From positions 114,392,001-114,456,000 of the forward strand of contig NC_086108.1 of NCBI RefSeq assembly GCF_963921235.1: DNA of 64,000 nt. The letters are read 5' to 3'. This stretch comes from Mobula hypostoma (Eukaryota). Shown here piece after piece: positions 36,725 to 50,139 of the stretch. A program made the translations under genes and the position numbers. Position 1 is the first letter of the stretch. Each line of letters opens with the position of its first letter. The notes beneath the pieces were generated by a model, which did not search any database, had not been told where the DNA came from, and saw only the letters and a program-made list of their open reading frames with translations.

Positions 36725-37990
36725 AAGTGCTTGTCTTTCGCTGATGTGACAACAGTGGGGCTCATCACCAACAATGATGAGACTGCCTCGAGGTGGTGGA
36801 AGAGCTCAAGGCTTGGTTCCAGGCAAATAACCTCTTCCTCAATGTCAACAGGACAAAGGAGATTGTTATCGACTTCAGGACAACTCGCACCACTCCCACC
36901 CCTCTTTACATTTGCAACACAGCAGTGGAAACTGCAAGCAGTTCAAATTTATTGAAGGGTTCATCTTGCACCACCTCTCATGGTCTCAGAACATTCTACA
37001 CAATCGGGAAAGCTCACCAATGCCTCTCTTTTCTGAGGAGACTGAAGAGAGCCGGATTATGCACATATACCCTCAGGTCTTTCTGTAGAAGTGCAGTAGA
37101 GAGCATCCTAAGCTGCATCATTTTACGGTAAAAACTGCACTGCGTCAGACAGGGAGGTACTAGAGTGGGTAGTCAAAACTGACCAACGCATCACCTACAC
37201 TAGCCTTCCCACCATCAAGGATGGATATGCTGATAGGGGCCAGAAAAGAGCCAGTAATATCATGAAGGATCCCACCCACCCCACTCATGGGCTATTTTGT
37301 CCCACTTCCATCAGGAAGGAGGCTGATGCATACCAGGAGCACCAGACTCAAAGTTACTGTCCCCAAACAGTAAGGCTGATCAAACACCACCACCAACTAA
37401 CCCACCACTCCACACCCCAATCATCACCACTCCTGTGTATAAGCTACCTTATTTACATCTATTTATTTATTTATTTATTTTGTATAAATAATATCTTTGT
37501 CTTGTTGACATTGAGGAAGAGGTTATTTGCCTGGTACCAAGCCTCTCTAGGCAGTCTCATCATTGTTGATGAACCCCAGTGTGGAGAGGCTTTTTCCCCA
37601 GGACTGAAATGGCTGCCACAAGAGGGCACAGGTTTAAGGTGCTGGGGAGTAGGTACAGAGGAAATGTCAGGGGCAAGTTTTTTTTTATAAAACGCAGGGA
37701 ATAGTGAGTGGGTGAACTGGGCTGCAGGCAATGGTGGTGGAGGTGGATACGATAGGGTCTTTTAAGAGACTTTTGGATAGGTACATGGAGCTTAGAAAAA
37801 TAGAGGGCTATAGGTAAGCCTAGTAATTTCTAAGGTAGGGACATATTTGGCACAACTTCATGGGCCAAAGGGCCTGTATTGTGCTGTAGGTTTTCTGTGT
37901 TTTTTTTTTATATAAATGCTGCATCAGATAGAGTAACAATTATTTTGTTTTCCTTTACACTTGTGCACTGGAAATGACATTAAACAATTT
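36725..37990 (+). mobile_element. Rex/Babar-L2-like LINE 3' part, with a composite insertion at 37490-37910
   Basis: FAD.TTVGLITNNDE, NNLFLNV..TKEIVIDFR, KDPTHP motifs; 3' UTR resumes at 37911. Confidence 0.78.
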
Positions 37991-38042
37991 GAATTCTTTT
38001 ATTTAGAGATACAGCACAGAAACAGTCCCTTCTGGCCCATCG

Positions 38043-39717
38043 GAAAAGGATCTTGGCGATTGTAGGGACGACTTACATTGGACTGAAAAGCTTGAGCATG
38101 TAGATATTATGGAAGGGGATATGTTGGAGCTTTTGGAAAGAATTAAGTTGGATAAGTCACCAGGACTGGACGAGATGTACCCCAGGCTACCGTGGGAGGT
38201 GAGAGAAATTGTGGAGCCTCTGGCAATGATCTTTGCATCAACAATGGGACGGGAGAGGTCCCAGAGCATTGGAGGGTTGTGGATGTTGTTCTCTTATTCA
38301 AGAAAGGGAGCAGGGATAGCCCAGGAAATTATAGACCAGTGAGTCTTACTTCAGTGGTTGGTAAGTTGATTAAGATCCTGAGAAGCAGGATTTATGAGCA
38401 TTTGGAGAGGCATAATATGATTAGGAATAAGCAGCCTGGCTTTGTCAAAGGCAGGTCGTGCCTTACGAGCCTGATTGAATTTTTTTTGAGGACATGACTA
38501 AACACATTGATGAAGGAAGAGCAGTAGGTGTAGTGTGTATGGATTTTAGCATGGCATTTGATAAGGTAACCCATGCAAGGCTTACTGAGAAAGTAAGGAG
38601 GCATGGGATCCAAAGGGACATTGCTTTGTGGATCCAGAACTGGCTTGCCTGCAGAAGGCAAAAAGTGGTTGTAGATGGGTCATATTCTGCACAGAGGCCA
38701 GTGACCAGTGGTGTGCCTCAGGGATCTGTTCTGGGACCCCTACCCTGATTTTTATAAATGACCCGGATGAGGAAGTGGAGGGATGGGTTAGTAAATTTGC
38801 TGATGACACCAAGCTTGGGGGTGTTGTGGATAATGTGGAGGGCTGTCAGACATTAAATTGGGACATTGATAGGATGCAAAACTGGGCTGAGAAGTGGCAG
38901 ATGGAGCTCAACGCAGATTAAGTGTGAGGTGGTTCATTTTGGTAGCTCAAATATGATGGCAGAATATAGTATGAATGGTAAGACTCTTGGCAGTGTGGAG
39001 GATCAGAGGGATCTTGGAGTCCAAATCCATAGGACACTCAAGGCTGCCAGGCAGTTTGACTCTGTGGTTAAGGCGGCATACGGTGCATTGGCCTTCATCA
39101 ACCGTGGGATTGAGTTTAAGAGCCGAGAGGTAAATGTCGCAGCTATATAGGACCCTGGTCAGACCCCACTTGGAGTACTGTGCTCAGTTGTGGTCACCTC
39201 ACTATAGGAAGGATGTGGAAACCATAGGAAGAGTGCAGAGGAGATTTACAAGGATGTTGCCTTAATTGGGGAGCATGCCTTATGAGAATAGGTTGAGTGA
39301 TCTCAGCCTTTCCTCCTTGGAGCGACAGAGGATGAGAGGTGACCTGATAGAGGTGTACAAGATGATGAGAGGCATTGATTGTGTGGATAGTCAGAGGCTT
39401 TTCCCCCAGGTCTGAAATGGCTAGCATGAGACGGCATAGTTTTAAGGTGCTTGGAAATAGGTACAGAGATGTCAGGGGCAAGTTTTTTTTTTAAAAAAAT
39501 ATGCAAAGAGTGGTGAGTGCGTGGAATGGGCTGCTGGCGACGGTGGTGAAGGTGGCTACGATAGGGTCTCTTAAGAGACTCCTGGACAGGTATATGGAGC
39601 TTAGAAAAATAGAGGGCTATGGGTAACCTTAGGTAATTTCTCAGGTAAGGACATTTTCAGCACAGTTTTGTGGGCCAAAGGGCCTGTATTGTGCTGTAAG
39701 TTTTCTATGTTTCTATG
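38043..39717 (+). mobile_element. 5'-truncated degenerate CR1
   Basis: RT fragments in ORFs 38109-39150; tail TTTCTATGTTTCTATG; inverted relative at 51655-53390. Confidence 0.88.
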
Positions 39718-40264
39718 AGCCCACGCTGCCTAATTACACCCATCTGACCAATCAACCTACCAGAGGAAACCCACGTGGTCTCAAAATAGCTAATATACAG
39801 GGACATAATGTTCAAAGGAAAGTGAAAGGTTTGTTTTGAAAAAAAAAAGTGGCGGGCATGCGGAATGCACGGCTAGCAGTGGTGGTAGAGAGATACATTA
39901 TTAATGTTCAAGAAACTCTTAGATAGGCACATCGATGATGTAAAAATGCAGGTCTATGCGGATGGGAAGGGTTAGATTGATCTTAGAGTTGGTAGAATGG
40001 TTGGAACAACATCGTGGGCTGAAAGGTCTCTATTGTCCTACATTTTAAGGCTCCTCCAACAGTCATCCGTCCTTCTACACCTGGATCACTTCACTGAGCT
40101 CTGAATCACTTCACCCACAGTCCTAGGTACACAATACACAACTAGCACTTGCCACATTAATGGGAGATGGCGATTCACACAAACTCCTAGGTACCTTGAT
40201 GATGAACCCGAGACCACACTAACCCCAACTAATTCACATTAGATAACACTTAAAATGGATTTAC

Positions 40265-40360
40265 CTGTATAACTCGTCGGCTTAACCCGGTCCGGTCTGC
40301 TAGCTTCTGAAGTGTCTGTGCATCAGGATTATTGTCTTGTGAAAACTGTGTTTGCATTAT
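40265..40360 (-). CDS. lhx8: Lhx8-type gene, homeodomain helices 1-2 exon
   Basis: [32 protein letters not shown]; acceptor ctcttacAG, donor CAG|GTAAAT; 96 nt, phase 0 to 0. Confidence 0.95.
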
Positions 40361-41744
40361 CTGTAAGAGCAAATTAGTATTATAAAAGCACGCAGAACAG
40401 AAACAGGCCTTTCTACCCATCTAGTCCATGCTGAACTATTATTCTGCTTCATCTCATTGATCCACACATACCCCTCCCATCACATTATCCAAACTGCTCT
40501 AAAATGTTGCAATCAAACCTGCATCCACCACTTGCGCCGCCAGCTCGTTCTACACTCTTACTACCCTCTGACTGAAGTTCCCGTCAGGTTCTCCTCAAAC
40601 ATTTCATCTTTCACCCAACTTCTGGAAAAAAAAAACACCCTTAATCTATGATTTACTTTCACCCCTCTGGAAAATACCTACTTGAACTTACCCGATTGAC
40701 AATTTTGAATGTTAAAGTGAAGGCTTGGAGGATGCAATCATCAAAAATAATTGTATGAAGGCACTAGGTAACTACACTGATTTTGTTCATTCACAGTCAA
40801 AAGATCACAGCAGGATAAATTCCTCTGTTGACAACTAAGAGGAACTACAGTTTTATAGTACAATAGTATTGTTGGCGTTCTGATTTGTTCTGCATTTCAT
40901 TTAAATGTGATTTGTTACTCAGTTAAATGGCGCTGTCTTTTTTTTAAATATATGTTTTTAACTATTTCCAAGAAACTTCAGCTAATTGGGGCAGTTGCTT
41001 AATTGGGCCAGAGTACTGGTCCTGATGTGCCCCAACTAATGGGAACCCACTGTACATCTTATTGAAATTTATAGTGTATTTTATGCATTGTACTGTACTA
41101 CTGCTGCAAAACAACAAATTTCATGACATGCTGTATGTCACTGATAAAGCAGGTTTTGATTCTGTTGTGCTTGAACCCACTACACTTGTGCTGAGGGACA
41201 CATTTCTCTCATTTCACAGTCAATATCAACAGTGTTTGGAAGATGGCATGTACACAAATCAGCTATCGTCTCTTCTTACACCAGTAGAGTACCAATGAGT
41301 ACAAAGGGACATCAAGATTGTCAACTGACATTGAAATTTAACCCTCTACTGATCCCAACCACAGTATCAGTACAAGACAATCTTTTTGACTTCCAGATGC
41401 CAAGTGTTGGTTTTGTAATCCAGTTGTGCAGACTGATGCCTCTCCATCTCTGGAATCCACATAAATGTGGAAAACACAGGCAGCCACTTCTGAGAGTGCA
41501 TCATCACTCAAAAAGACAATGGTTCAACTTTCCCACTTTTGACTGTCTCCTGTGAACTCAAGATCAAATCCACAGACACCTGTGAAGACAATGAAACAGT
41601 CCCATCAGCTTTTATGCTCCTACTCAGATAGGCACATCAATGAGGGGAAAATGGAAGAATAAAGACTTTATGGAAGCAGAAGGGATCAGTTTAGTTGGAC
41701 ATTTAATTATTAACTTATTCAGTTTGGTACAACATTGTGGCAGC

Positions 41745-43050
41745 ATTTGGATGACAGAATTGATGGCTTTGAGGACAAGATGAAGATACGTGGAGGGACA
41801 GGTACCTTTGAAGAAGTGGAGAGGCTACAGAAAGATAAACAGTTTAGAGAATGGTCAGAGTAGCAGAGGGAGTACAGTACATGGTCATGCACTTTTGTAG
41901 AAGAAATGAAAGAGTTGACTTTTTCCTAAATGGTGAGAAAATACAAAAACTTGAAGTACAAAGAAAGGGACTTGTGCAGGATTCCCCAAAGATTAATTTG
42001 CAAGTTGAGCTGGTGGTGAAGGAAGCAAATGTGATGATAGCATTCATTTCAAGAGGATGAGAATACAAAAGCAAGGATGTAATGTTGAGACTTTATAAAG
42101 CACTGGTGAGGCCTCATTAGGAGTATTGTGAGCAGTTTTAGGTGATTTATCCAAGAACAGATGTGCTGATGTTGGAGAGAGTTCAAAGGAGGTTTGCAAA
42201 AATGATTCCATGAATGAAAGGCTTGTCATATGAGGAGTGGTTCCTTAAAGTTGTTATAGCCAGGGGTGGTAGTGGGGCTCCCACTACTTATTAAATGCTC
42301 CTAATGATGTGCGACTCAGGTAGCCACTGACAACCAAGTCCAGCTCCTGGTCTTCACATGTGGCTTAGCTACTAAGCCTGGAAGAAAATTTTCTACTGAC
42401 AGAAGGAGCAAAGGCAAGTTACTGGCACCTTAAAACCAGTTGCTTTGGGCCGATGGGGCTTGTCAGCCGTGGTTGGCAGCTCATCCAGGAGAATGAAAAC
42501 TCTGATCTCAAACCTCTGCTGCCTTGCAGCTACACCCAGTCATGGGGAAGGCTTCGGGAGTAAACCCTGAGGGAAAAATCTGGAGCTGGAGTCCCTAAGG
42601 CAGTCCTATGTTGAGTTCAAGCTAACTGACAACTCCTATGTGGCTGCTTGTACCAAACTGAATTAATTGGTCTCTGGTGTTCCTTTGATTTCATCAGAAG
42701 CATGGAGGGGGCAAGCTTGCTACATGGGTAACAACTTTGCTTTCCGTATTGTGCTGCCCTGGCTCGTATCTAGAAAGCTAAGTCACAATATTCATGGTTG
42801 ACCGTGACTGGTGGAGGCCCTACTAATACAAGGAGCAATGGTACTAGCTGGAATTTAGAAGGGGAAGTCTAAGATCAGAGGACACATCCTCAGTATAGAG
42901 CGATGTCCTTGTGGAACAGAGATGAGGAGGAATTTCTTCAGCCAGAGAGCGGTGAATATGTGGGACTCATTACCACAAGTGGCTGTGGAGGCCAAGTCAT
43001 TGGGTATTTTAAAGGCAGAGGTGATGGATTCTTGGTTAGTCAGGCAATGA
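41745..43050 (+). mobile_element. Degenerate CR1 3' part interrupted by an unclassified insert of about 570 bp (42250-42825)
   Basis: KEANVMIAFISRG fragment; CR1 sequence resumes at about 42840; the insert has no ORF. Confidence 0.65.
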
Positions 43051-43959
43051 AAGAAACCCAACCCCAATGCGAAGATGAGGAAGTTGGTTTACAAACAGAG
43101 ATAATGTGTAGCGAGACCAGTAGCAAGGAGAGGCAGTTGATAGAGCAAAATAGCGGTCAACAGGATGAGCCACAATACAAAAGGCTGAAAGGAATCTAGA
43201 AGGGCGAATACAGGATGGAAGGTGTTCTATTTGAATGCACGCAGTAAACAGAACAAGTTAGATGAACTTCTAGCATAGTTAGAAATTGGCATATGATTTT
43301 GTAGGTGTCACTGAATCATGGCTGAAAGAAGATTATAGCTGGGAGCATAATGTCCAAGGATACACATTGTATCAAAAGGACAGGCAGGAAGGCAGAGGGG
43401 TGGAGCTGCTCTGTTGGTAAAAAAATGAATTCCAGTCATTACAAAGAGATGACACAAGGTCAGAAGGTGTTGAATTATTGCAGATGGAGCCAAAGAGCTT
43501 CAAGGGTAAAAAGACTCCGATGGGAGTTGTATACAGACCTCAAAAACAGTAGTAAGGATGTGTCCCACAGATTACAATGGGAGATAGAAAATGCCTGCCA
43601 AAAGGGCAATGTTACAATAGTCATGGGGGATTTCAATGTGCAGGTAGATTGGGAAAATCAGTTTGGTGCTGGATTCCAGGAGGGGCAATTTCTAGAATGC
43701 CTGAGATGGCTTTTTAAGAGCAGCTCATGGTTGAGCCCACTATGAGACCAGCTATTCTGGATTTGGGGTTATGCAAATAAACCAGAATTGATCAGCGAGT
43801 TTAAGGGACCATTTATAAGCAGTAATCACAACATGATTGAATTCACCCTAAGATTTGAGAAGCTAAAGTCATGTATCAGTATTACAGTGGAGTAAATGGA
43901 ATTATAGAGGCATGAGAAAGGAGTTGGTCAAAATTCATTGAAAAGAACACTGGCAGGGA

Positions 43960-46237
43960 TAGAAACATAGAAAATAGGTGCAGGAGTAGGCCATTCGGCC
44001 CTTTGAACCTGCACCACCATTTATTATGATCATGGCTGATCATCCAACTCAGAACCCTGCACCAGCCTTCCCTCCATACCCCCTGATCCCCGTAGCCACA
44101 AGGGCCATATCTAACTCCCTCTTAAATATAGCCAATGAACTGGCCTCAACTGTTTCCTGTGGCAGAGAATTCCACAGATTCACCACTCTCTGTGTGAAGA
44201 AGTTTTTCCTCATCTCGGTCCTAAAAGGCTTCCCCCTTATCCTCAAACTGTGACCCCTCGTTCTGGACTTCCCCAACATCGGGAACAATCTTCCTGCATC
44301 TAGCCTGTCCAATCCCTTTAGGATTTTATACGTTTCAATCAGATCCCCCCTCAATCTTCTAAATTCCAACAAGTACAAGCCCAGTTCATCCAGTCTTTCT
44401 TCATATGAAAGTCCTGCCATCCCAGGAATCAATCTGGTGAACCTTCTTTGTACTCCCTCTATGGCAAGGATGTCTTTCCTCAGATTAGAGGACCAAAACT
44501 GCACACAATACTCCAGGTGTGGTCTCACCAAGGCCTTGTACAACTGCAGTAGTACCTCCCTGCTCCTATACTCGAATCCGCTCGCTATAAACGCCAGCAT
44601 ACCATTCGCCTTTTTCACCACCTGCTGTACCTGCATGCCCACTTTCAATGACTGGTGTATAATGACACCCAGGTCTTGTTGCACCTCCCCTTTTCCTAAT
44701 CAGCCACCATTCAGATAATAATCTGTTTTCCTACTTTTGCCACCAAAGTGGATAACTTCACATTTATCCACATTAAATTGCATCTGCCATGAATTTGCCC
44801 ACTCACCCAACCTATCCAAGTCACCCTGCATCCTCTTAGCATCCTCCTCACAGCTAACACTGCCGCCCAGCTTCGTGTCATCCGCAAACTTGGAGATGCT
44901 GCATTTAATTCCCTCATCCAAGTCATTAATATATATTGTAAACAACTGGGGTCCCAGCACTGAGCCTTGCGGTACCCCACTAGTCACTGCCTGCCATTCT
45001 GAAAAGGTCCCGTTTATTCCCACGCTTTGCTTCCTGTCTGCTAACCAATTCTCTATCCACATCAATACCTTACCCCCAATACCGTGTGCTTTAAGTTTGC
45101 ACACTAATCTCCTGTGTGGGACCTTGTCAAAAGCCTTTTGAAAATCCAAATATACCACATCCACTGGTTCTCCCCTATCCACTCTACTAGTTACATCTTC
45201 AAAAAATTCTATGAGATTCGTCAGACATGATTTTCCTTTCACAAATCCATGCTGACTTTGTCCGATGATTTCTCCGCTTTCCAAGTGTGCTGTTATCACA
45301 TCTTTGATAACTGACTCCAGCAGTTTCCCCACCACCGACGTTAGGCTAACCGGTCTATAATCCCCGGTTTCTCTCTCCCTCCTTTTTTAAAAAGTGGGGT
45401 TACATTAGCCACCCTCCAATCCTCAGGAACTAGTCCAGAATCTAATGAGTTTTGAAAAATTATCACTGATACATCCACTATTTCTTGGGCTACTTCCTTA
45501 AGCACTCTGGGATGCAGACCATCTGGCCCTGGGGATTTATCTGCCTTTAATCCCTTCAATTTACTCAACACCACTTCCCTACTAACATGTATTTCGCTCA
45601 GTTCCTCCATCTCACTGGACCCTCTGTCCCCTACTATTTCTGGAAGATTATTTATGTCCTCCTTAGTGAAGACAGAACCAAAGTAATTATTCAATTGGTC
45701 TGCCATGTCCTTGCTCCCCATAATCAATTCACCTGTTTCTGTCTGTAGGGGACCTACATTTGTCTTTACCAGTCTTTTCCTTTTTACATATCTATAAAAG
45801 TTTTTACAGTCAGTTTTTATGTTCCCTGCCAGTTTTCTCTCAATCTTTTTTCCCCTTCCTAATTAAGCCCTTTGTCCTCCTCTGCTGAACTCTGAATTTC
45901 TCCCAGTCCTCAGGTGAGCCACTTTTTCTGGCTAATTTGTATGCTTCTTCTTTGGAATTGATACTATCCCTAATTTCTCTTGTCAGCCATGAGTGCACTA
46001 CCTTCCTTGATTTATTCTTTTGCCAAACTGGGATGAACAATTGTTGTAGTTCATCCATGCAATCCTTAAATGCTTGCCATTGCATATCCACTGTCAATCC
46101 TTTAAGTGTCATTTGCCAGTCTATCTTAGCTAATTCACATCTCATACCTTCAAAGTTACCCCTCTAAGTTCAGAACCTTTGTTTCTGAATTAACTATGTC
46201 ACTCTCCATCTTAATGAAGAATTCCACCATATTATGG
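43960..46237 (-). mobile_element. 5'-truncated CR1 family A copy
   Basis: ORFs 44049-44684, 44700-45335, 45341-45727, 45840-46145; TTTCTATG tail. Confidence 0.92.
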
Positions 46238-47568
46238 TAATAGGGTTCTGGAAGAAATTTGGAAGGCACAGGATATATACATCACAAAGTATTCTAAAGG
46301 AATGATGACACAACTGTGACTAACAGGTCAGAGCCAACATAAAAGCCAAAGAGAGGGCATATTAATGAGCAAAAATTAGTGGGAAGTTAGAGGATTAGAA
46401 AGCTTTTAGAAACCCACAGATGGCAACTAAAAAGCCATCAAGGTAAAGATGAAACACAGAAGTAAGCTATCCAATATTAAAGAGCACCAAAATTTCCTCC
46501 AATACATAAAGTGTAAAAGGGAGGTAAGAGTGGATATCAGACCACAGGAAAACAATGCTGGAGAGGTAGTAACATGGGACAAGAAAATGTCAGACAAACT
46601 GAATAAGTAATTTGCATCAGTCTTCACCATGGAAGGCAGTAATAATATGGTGGAAGTTCCAGGTATCAGGGGTCATGAAGTGTGTGAAGTTACTATAACT
46701 CAAGAGAAGGTTCTTGGGAAACTAAATGGTCTGTAGGTAGATAAGCCACCTGGACCGGATGGTGTACTCCCCAGGGTTCTGAAAGTGGTGGCTGAAGAGA
46801 TTGTGAAGGCATTAGTAATGATCTTTCAAGGATCACTGGATTTTGGAATGGTTCCAGAAGACTGGGAAATTGCAAGTGTCATTCCACTCTTCCAGAAGGG
46901 AGAGAAGCAGAAGAAAGGAAACTATAGACCAGTTAGTCTGACCTCTGTTGGGATGATGTTGGAGTTGATTATTTTGGGGTACTTGGAAGTACATGAAAAA
47001 ACGGGCTGTAGTCAGCATGGTTTCAAGGGAAAATCCTGCCTGACAAATCTGTTGGAAATCTTTGAAGAAATAACAAGCAGGATCAACAAAGGAGAATCGG
47101 TTGATGATGTGTACCTGGATTTTTAGGCCTTTGACAAGGTGCCATACGTGAGGCTGCTTAACAAGCTACGAGCCCATGGTATTACAAGAAATACTCTAGC
47201 ATGGATTAAAGTGGCTGAGTGGCAGGAGGCAAAGAGTGGGAATAAAGAGAGGCTCTTCTGGTTGGCTGAAGGCAGCTAGTGGTGTTCCACAGGGGTCTAA
47301 GTTGGGACAGATTCTTTTTACGTTGTATGCCAATGATTTGGATTATGGAATTGATAGCTTTGTTGCAAAGTTTACAGGCGATACAAAGATAGGTGGAGGA
47401 GCAAGCGGTTGGAGTAGTAGTGAGGTTACAGAAAGACATGGATTAGGAGAATGGGCAAAGAGGCAGATGGAATACAGCATTGAGAATTGTATGGCCATGT
47501 ATTTTGATAGAAGAAATGAAAGGGTTGACTTTTTCTAAATGGTGAGAAAATACAAAAAACTGAGGTGT

Positions 47569-47869
47569 CGGGCCAGCTGTTGCTGCAACGACATCGGCGC
47601 CAGACCCGGGAGCAGAGGTTCCTGAGTTCAAACCCAGTTGGAGCCACTCCCGAGTACACTTTCCATCCGTGCTGGGTTGAGTGTCGAGATTGCAACTCGA
47701 GCTCGTAAAATAAAAAAGGGGAAAATACTGCGAAATGTCTGAGAGGAGTGGCGTGCCACACAGTCTCTCTCTCTCTCACTCCGCACCTTGTAAAGGCATG
47801 GAAAAAAAAGACATTGTCCCGCCAACATCACACACGCACGGACGCAGCAGACACACATGCCAAAAAAAA
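47569..47869 (+). mobile_element. Young tRNA-headed SINE, about 300 bp
   Basis: B box GAGTTCAAACCC, head ending in GCCA, A-tail, target duplication AGGTGT (47563-47568 and 47870-47875); CpG-rich. Confidence 0.8.
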
Positions 47870-47994
47870 AGGTGTGAAGAGATTTGGGAGTCTTTGTGCA
47901 GGATTCTCTAAGATAATTTGCAGGTCAAGTCTGTGGTGAAGGCAAATGCAATGTTAGCATTTATATCAAGAGGTCTAGAATACAAAATTATTCA

Positions 47995-48520
47995 TAGCAA
48001 AAGCATTCTTCTGGGGTGCATCACAACCTGGTATGAAAGTTGTCCTGTCCAAGACCGGAGGAAGTTACAGAAGATCGTGAACACAGCACAGCACATCACA
48101 CAAACCAATCTTCCGTCCTTGGACTCACTTTACACCGTACGCTGTCGGAGCAGTGCTACCAGGATAATCAAGGACACGACCCACCCAGCCAACACACTTT
48201 TTGTCCCTCTTCCCTCCGGGAGAAGGCTCAGGAGCTTGAAGACTCACACGGCCAGATTTGGGAACAGCTTCTTTCCAGCTGTGATAAGACTGCTGGACAG
48301 ATCCTGACCCAGATCTGGGCCGTACCCTCCAAATATCCGGACCTGCCTATTGGTTTTTTGCACTACATTACTTTCCCTTTTCTATTTTCTATTTATGATT
48401 TATAATTTAAATTTTTACTATTTACTATCGATTTGTACACCAGGAAGCGTGAAGCGCAGAATCAAATATTGCTGTGATGATTGTACGCTCTAGTATCAAT
48501 TATTTGGCAACAATAAAGTA
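47995..48520 (+). mobile_element. Rex/Babar-L2-like LINE 3' fragment
   Basis: ILLGCITTWY...DRRKLQKIVNTAQHI...IIKDTTHPA..LFVPLPSGRRLRSL...NSFFPAVIRLL; AATAAA at 3' end. Confidence 0.8.
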
Positions 48521-49254
48521 ATTAGGCCATTTGACACGGAGTCTTCTCTGCCATTCAGCTGTGGCCAATTCATTACCCCTCTCAACCCTGTTCTCCTACC
48601 TTCTCCCTTCAGTAGGAGTAAACGTCGACTATTTACTATTTTCCATAGATGCTGCCTAACCAGAGTTCCTTCGGCATTGTGTGTGTTGCTTGGATTTCCA
48701 GCATCTGCAGATTTTCTCTTGCTTCTCACTGTAACCTTTGACACCCCGACTAATCAAGAATTATCAACCTCCACCTTAAATATACCCAATGACTTGGCCT
48801 CCACAACCCCCTGCGGCAAAGAATTTCACAGATTCATCACCCCCGGATACAAAAATTCCTTTTCCTCTGTTCTAAATAGACATCTGAGGCAGTGTCCTCT
48901 GCTCCTAAACTTCCCCACTGCAGGAAATGTCCTCTCCACATCCACTTGTCATCTACAACAGTTCCTCCCACACTTGCTGCAACTTCCACTGAGGACCATC
49001 CTGACTTGGAATTGTCACTGGATCCAACAGCACCACAGAGGTTCAATGAGACAGCTCGTTCTTACTTCTGGTGGGATGCCCAGCAGTGCTGAGATCCAAA
49101 AAAATAAATTTAAAAGATCAGGGAAGGACCCTTTATGTCTTGGCCAATAATTAACCTCCATTCAAGCTGCTAAAACTCTGTGGGGAGAAAGTACAGGAGC
49201 CTGAAGACCTACACTCAACAATTCAAAACAGTTTTTAAGTCAAGAGTTAATCAA

Positions 49255-49975
49255 AGTTCAAAGTGAAATCATTGAAGTACCTATGTTACTATAAATGACC
49301 GAGATTCATTTTCTTGCAGTCATTCACAGGAAGATAAGGAAAAACACTAGAAGTTATGGCAAACTGTACATAAACAAATACTGAGAAATGAGGTACAAAG
49401 AGTCCCTGAAAGTGAGTGTGTAAATCATAGAATGAGTTCAGTATTGAGGTGAGTGAAGTTATCCACACTGGTTCAGGAGCCTGATGGTTGTGGGGTAATA
49501 GCTGCTCCTGATCCTGATGGTGAGGGACACAAGGCTCCCGTACCTCCTTCCCAATGGTAGCAGCAAGAAGAGAGCATGGCCTGGAAGATAGGGTGGGGTG
49601 GGGGGGGGGTCCCTGGGCATGAATGTTGCTTTCTTGTGGGAGCACTTCATGTAGATGTCCTCAGTGGTTGGGAGGGCTTTACCTGTGATGGACTGGGGTG
49701 TATCCACCACTTTCTGTTCCTGAGCATAGTCTCCACACCAGACCATCATGCAACCATTTAGTATACGGTGCATCTATAGATGTTTGTCAAAGTGTTAGCT
49801 GATGTACCAAATCTGTACAAACTTCTAAGAAAGCGGAGGCACTGCTGTGCCTTGTTTGTGGTTGCACTTTCGTGCTGTTTCCAGGGCAGATCTTCTGGTA
49901 TGTTAACACCAAAGAATTTAAAGTTACTGACCCTTCCCGTCTCAGATTCTCCAATGAGGACTGGCTCATGCACCT
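49255..49975 (-). mobile_element. Rex/Babar-L2-like LINE 3' fragment
   Basis: FKFFGVNI..DL.W, KAQQCLRFLRSL, LLPLGRRY.SL, SYYPTTIRLLN. Confidence 0.75.
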
Positions 49976-50139
49976 GTGGAAATGTTGCTGCCAATCTATA
50001 CTGACTGAGGAGTGTAGCTTCTTCCTGAACCAGCCCATAAAGACACCATTCCTTTTATATTTGCAGTTAATAGTATTTTTGTCTCCGTACTGCCCTATTC
50101 CCATGAAAAATTAATTTCATGTCAAAAGTTAATGATATA

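Larger units (their letters stand above)
43050..47990 (+). mobile_element. Older degenerate CR1 ORF2, host of a family A insertion and a SINE
   Basis: APE (NAR, TESWL, MGDFN) and RT fragments in ORFs 43350-43745, 46785-47126 and 47236-47538. Confidence 0.82.

Noticed and set aside
47569..47646. Possible tRNA gene
   Set aside because: Degenerate A box and no clean cloverleaf; it continues into a body, A-tail and TSD, so it is a SINE head.
47918..48307. ORF resembling a host protein domain
   Set aside because: C-terminus of a Rex/Babar-L2-like LINE ORF joined to a CR1 fragment, a common source of false gene annotations.
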